Origin: Chrysomallon squamiferum
Taxonomy: Eukaryota; Animalia; Mollusca
Length of the DNA: 64,000 nucleotides
Assembly: GCA_012295275.1 (NCBI GenBank)
Contig: CM022673.1
Location: 21,514,001 to 21,578,000, forward strand
Direction: 5' to 3'
A program made the translations under genes and the position numbers. Within the stretch, counting starts at the first letter, position 1; each line of letters begins with the position of its first letter. Shown here one piece after another: positions 58,539 to 64,000 of this stretch. Below the pieces are notes generated by a model. That model made no database searches. It saw only the letters and a program-made list of their open reading frames with translations, and was not told the DNA's origin.

Positions 58539-60842
58539 TGTAGTTTCTCTTGAATATCTTACTTAGGTAAAGCAGTAATCTGAAATTCTTCCTGCGTCGT
58601 GTAGATAACGTTGACGTTGCGTTCCGTGTGTCCCCCGGGCACGTGAAAACGTATTTTCTAATCAGACAGTTTTAAATTAAAAAACAGAAACTACAACAAA
58701 TGTGTTGTCACAAACATCTTTTGTTTCGTCTTCGACATCACTTCCTCAGTGTGAAAATATAAATTAGCTTATGAAGAAAAATAAAACGAAAGAAACGAAA
58801 AGAAGTGTGTAATACCCTATTGTAACTTTCTCTAGGACGCTTCCAGAATTTATTTTGAAAAATTAAAAAGCCCAAAAGAAAGAGAATTTAAAAAAAAAAA
58901 AAAAATTCATCTCTGTCTAAAATCTCTCCGTATCTACTTTGCGTTGAGACGCTACTTTCCATTACAGTATTTCCGTGTCATCAGCGGCTAGGATTTCTAT
59001 TTCATTTCGTTTTTTCCTTTCACAGTTGGGATTTCGCTGGCCAAGCTAGAAGCAGCTGCCAGTGTCTGTCGCTGAAAATCGTTATTAACAATTGGCAAGA
59101 CTTAAATAGCAACATGATTGGCTTCTCACACTTTTCTTTGTTTCTTTTTTAACAACTCAAACATTTAGAGGTGTCCCAGCGGTAAAACCACATCTGATCT
59201 ATCATAAACTGGGATCGAAGCTTCGCTGTGTCAATGTTGGTTAATAAAATTTCAACTAATTTCCCTAGGGTGCTACGTCAAAATTCGAGGTATGTGCTGT
59301 CTTGACTGTGGAAAAATATGGCTGATGGGTTCTTGCTGTTAAAAGAAATGTGTTTGAGCTGACAATAATAACAACACGTCTTGTTGTATCTTTGCGACTG
59401 TTTCTAGAGTTTCTGTACTTAGCTTATTTAATATCTAGTTGTACAAACGTTAAATAGAAAATATAGCTATCTCCGACATACTTCTCGTTACGAAACCTTA
59501 TCGATGTAATTAAAATAATATGGCGCATGACATATATACAAATAATATAGTGTATTTAATATCCTGGAGATTATAATGGTCTGGAAAAAAACTAAGTTTT
59601 CTGAAATAAATAGTAACATTCCGTGCTTTATTCACTGACGTTTTGACCACTAAGTTAGATTTCTTTACTTTACAAACAGACACAATGCGTCTATGTATCA
59701 TTATTTCATTCTACTTTCTCTATAGAGTTTCTAAGTGTGTATGAGTGTGTTTGTGTGCGTATGTGTAGGTGTGTGCGTATGTGTAGGTGTGTGAGTGTGT
59801 GTGCATGTGTTTGTGTATGTGTATATATATGTGCGTGTGAGTGTGTGTATATATGTGTGTCTGAGTAAACATTTTACGTTGTTAAAACCTATTTCGACCG
59901 CCAATCTTCGATGGTTTTTGCTCTTGTTTTTTTTTCCTCCATCGATTTTGAGAACATTTTTACACATTTTTAAAACGTGCAAACTTTACTCAATCCACTT
60001 CACACAAATGTGTTTTTTATCCTAAGATCCACACCACATGTCATGAATAAAACACGATGTTTTAACGTTTTTGTAAACAGCTCAGTTTTTATTGATGGCT
60101 TAGATGTTAAAAGTATTTGCGAAAAGGCGTTTATAGATTCAGAACCTCAGATGAAGATTCATATACATTCAATGCCAGTGTGAAACATGGTTTTAAAACC
60201 TTTTCAAATAAATATGTTAATAAAGGTAATAAGTCAACTTCTAAAATATTACAGTTTTGAAAAATGTATAGTTTGTAACATCTGAGTGCATTAAGACTTT
60301 ACTAAACAGCAGCAGTAAATCAATATTAAAATAATAAACTAAATTTTTAAAGATAAAGACTATGATAATAAGAACAAAGGCAGAAGCAGTAGTAGCAGCA
60401 ACAACAAGCACTACAATAATAGTAAGAAAACAAACAAATGACACGAAGGCCCTTCAAAACAAAGAAGAAAATAAAGAAAGAAAACTGCGAAATTCACAAA
60501 TATAAATTTTAAGAAATGTATTTATATATAACTGACATTGCGTATTAAACTACGATACTTCATACGGCGGTCAGTTTAAATCATACAAACGAGACGTAAC
60601 GAATTCATTTTGAAAGAAATTCAAATATGATACATCAGAAGAAATATTTAAATAGTAAGATGAATGATTCTGTTTGCTTTAGTAACGTAATTTCTGATTT
60701 GACAACAATACTGTTATATTGTATATCTTTACAGCTGTAATTTAGTGGGTTATATTAGTGTCATTAGTCAGTTTTGATACTTTCAAGTCTTCTTTTCCCT
60801 CACTCGCGTTTTTGTTTCGTCTTTATTTTCACACATTTTCAG

Positions 60843-60965
60843 ACAACAAATATTATGACGTAGTATACATATTCAGCTTCGTCACCGTGATTGTTCTTTC
60901 ACACGTGATCTTTGATAAACAATGGAGGATCATCAGACGAATTTACCGTTTCAAGATGATCCACG
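60843..60965 (+). CDS. Candidate gene E exon 2 (DNKYYDVVYIFSFVTVIVLSHVIFDKQWRIIRRIYRFKMIH)
   Basis: Pyrimidine tract plus TTTCAG acceptor and CG|GTAAGC donor. 123 nt, open only in the phase-1 frame that exon 1 requires. Confidence 0.45.
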
Positions 60966-63582
60966 GTAAGCTTATTCGAGACTTTAAATCAGATACAAAT
61001 TACAAAGCAAGCACTTCTCTGCCGCATTTCATACAAATATTTAGTGTAGCAGAAAGTTAACTTTGTATACCAAAATGTGTTGTTTCTCAGCAAGCGACGC
61101 AAACGAAAAGCCGATGTCTTACAAGTTCGAGGTTTCGTTTATTCTACTGAGTGACCGAGTATTTATATGACACAATACGTGGAATATGAGTCATCTGTGA
61201 CAGGATGCTTCTAAACCTGGCAAAAACTCTATTTTCAGATACTTTTTTGATTTTTATGAAATATTAGATCTGTACAATGAAGACATAAGGCAAATTAAGA
61301 CTAATTAATGATATTAATTAACTGGTAAAAAATGAACTTCAACAAAATGCTTGAATATGTAAAGGTCCATACAATTCATCACTCTTGAAGAATGCTCTTT
61401 TTGTACATTGGTTTAATTTCTATGGAGTTTTTGAGAATTAAGGCGTAAGGTATATCTGAGCTAATTAGTTCGATTAATTAATTAATTAAAAGTCATGAAT
61501 ATTAGTAACGTGCTTAAGAATACTGTACAGCTTTAGAACTCATCAAGAGTTTCATTTTGATATACATGTATCCTATATTAAAACAATGAGATATTCAGTG
61601 TTTGTGTTGCAAAATGGGAGAAATGATTCATTTTCTCCATAGAAATACCCTCGAATTTTATACCGATAAAAAAATCATAACTTTTTTTATATGAGTGCTA
61701 TCAAAGAGATCTTGGTGTGATTTTAATATGCTTTTTGTGCTCTTTCTAGTGATATATAATGATTTAATATAGCTCTTTTTATATCTTTTTATTTTAAATT
61801 TTTTTAGAGAGTAAATCTGACAATAACAACATTAACGGTCACAAACTTTTAATGTATTTTAACAGATAAACTACTTTTCTGACGTAAATCATCAGTTTTA
61901 ACACGCTATTATTTTTAAGTAATGGGGCGTTAACGGTTCAGCTTGATTATCATTCTGCATTTAAAATGCTCTATTAATAGAAAACATGCAGTTGAGACTT
62001 CATAACACAATCAGGGAAATTACTAACTCTTCAGTTCTTAAAAATAATAGACTCGGCCGCTGAGGTATGAACATTTAACTGACTTTTCTTCCTCTGTTTT
62101 AACTTCAAATATTCTCAGCCAATATTTAATCATTATACAAACACGGTGACCTTTACAGTTTTCCTATAACAAGCAACTTTTTTATTTGCAATCAGTCGAA
62201 GAAGAAATTTCTTTTATTGAATTTTTTGTTCTGTTTTAATAAGGAAATTTTTAATTTTTAATTTGAAAAGATAAAAAAAAAGAAATAATGAAGGAAACAG
62301 ATTATGACGTTTAAAAAAGTAAAATGAAAGTGAGAGATAGCCCGAGGGAAATTAATAAAAATAAAAAAATAAAAATATAATTGAAAGGACTTAATAAATA
62401 ATGGATATATAACAATATTTTTATCTGGGATGCTCTTATATTGAATTCTCCTGGGTGAAGGATCTCCGATTTCAATGTGTAATAACGTTTTGGCTGTGTA
62501 AACAATATTTCAAACGAAACGTTAGAATCTTTATTTTGAAATTTCGCGATAATCTTACAAATAAGTCCTGCTTGCAAGTGATCGCTTCGCCCACCACGCG
62601 CTCTCACTCGCTTTATAACAGTACAGCGCTAGACTGCGCGCTGAACTGACAGTCACACAGGTGGGCGAGGTAACTGGCTCTGTGTAGAGCGCACCCGTCA
62701 CAGCGTAAACTCCTCGTCAGTCCAGCTCGTGCTCAAACACTGTTTTACCAAATCCCGTGGTGTATATATATATATATGTTGATACAGTTTTATATATTAT
62801 ATATTTTCCTCATTATGCATTTTAAAGTATCCCTTCTGATAACTGATAAAAGAAACTCATAAAATGAAAACAAACACGTTCTTCTTTCACATCGTCTTCA
62901 GCAAAATAAAATATAACATGCAATGACAGTTAATTTCAAAATATGTTAAATACATTGTAGTTCAACAAATATTTCTTTTTCTTTTCTTTATTTTTTAATT
63001 TCGTTTCGCCCACTTTTAACTTGTTGATACAGTTTTATAAGATTCCAATTCTGTTATTGAATGATGACCTGTCTTTCGCTCGAAAGCAAGTTCCACTGCA
63101 ATGGTAGCGTTTTCACGATATATTCAAAGTTTTGTTGTTTTTATTATTATTACTGTTATTATTGTTATTCTTATATATATTTATTTATATATATATATAT
63201 ATGTATATGTATATGTTGCAATTTATCATTCGTATTTTGTTGAATACATGATTTCCTAGTTTTGGCAATATGCATATAAAAATTCATTTGAAACCTTTCT
63301 GTGAAATAATGAATTGGTGTTTTGAGAATATAATATATTATTTTCAAACTTACGTATTATTACAAAATAGATCTCTACGTTTGTTTTTGTCAAAAGTACT
63401 TTATAGTGAGCGTGATGTATAACCCTCCTCTAAAAAGTCCATTAAATTGCTGAAAACAATTATAGAAGTTAAATCACATTTCTTTCCCGAGAGAAGTTAC
63501 AGTTTTTGAAGTCGTGGGGAAAGTTCTAGTATATCTTTGGAACCAAAATCATTATAGAAAAAAAAAAAAAAAAAAAGAAAAA

Positions 63583-63637
<55 letters not shown>

Positions 63638-63964
63638 TAAAATAAAATAAAATAAAATAAAATAAAATAAAATAAAACAAAACAAAACAAAACAAAACAA
63701 AACAAAACAAAACAAAACAAAACAAAACAAAATAAATAAATAAATAAAAGCAAGAAAAAAGAAAGAAATATATATTAACAGCAATCCCCAAAAAATGATA
63801 AAACGTTATATGAATGAATGAATAACTGAATAAATAAGCAAATGTAACTGATGTGAAAGTCATTTCATTACATATCTGAGGAAATGTCGTTAAAACAAGC
63901 ATTCAGTATTAAATGCAAATGTTTGGTTATGTACGAGAATGCGAGTCTTTCTGTGTATATGTCT

Positions 63965-64000
<36 letters not shown>

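Noticed and set aside
61590-61940. Possible non-autonomous DNA transposon end (GGGGCGTTAACGGTT)
   Set aside because: No partner TIR or target-site duplication found with confidence.

Overview
AT-rich, microsatellite-dense animal genomic DNA (invertebrate; the dispersed repeats look mollusc/gastropod-like, which is inference). I assembled five spliced genes by hand. (A) Minus strand, 27140->9679: 30 coding exons encoding a signal peptide, four tandem 7-exon cassettes carrying eight 8-Cys domains, and a GPI-type hydrophobic tail. It has a GC-AG intron and a 23-nt frameshifting duplication in exon 28. (B) Minus strand, 7166->623, continuing off the left edge: a related gene with at least three 6-Cys domains and Thr-rich linkers. 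(C) Minus strand, 33217->30626: an SVOP/SV2-related MFS transporter. (D) Plus strand, 35490->37584: a stand-alone BPL_N (class I glutamine amidotransferase-like) protein, head-to-head with C, whose start codon lies inside a 31-bp tandem repeat. (E) Plus strand from 48990: the 5' part of a signal-peptide-bearing protein. Genes A and B are nearly invisible in the ORF track. Their 11 domains share Cys spacing and a phase-2 intron, and by eye resemble the BMP-binding N-terminal helical domain of RGM proteins and neuritin. This cluster is the best candidate for an undescribed system. Also present are Tigger/pogo-type and hAT-type MITEs, several minisatellites and many microsatellites. No database searches were run; family assignments come from motif recognition.
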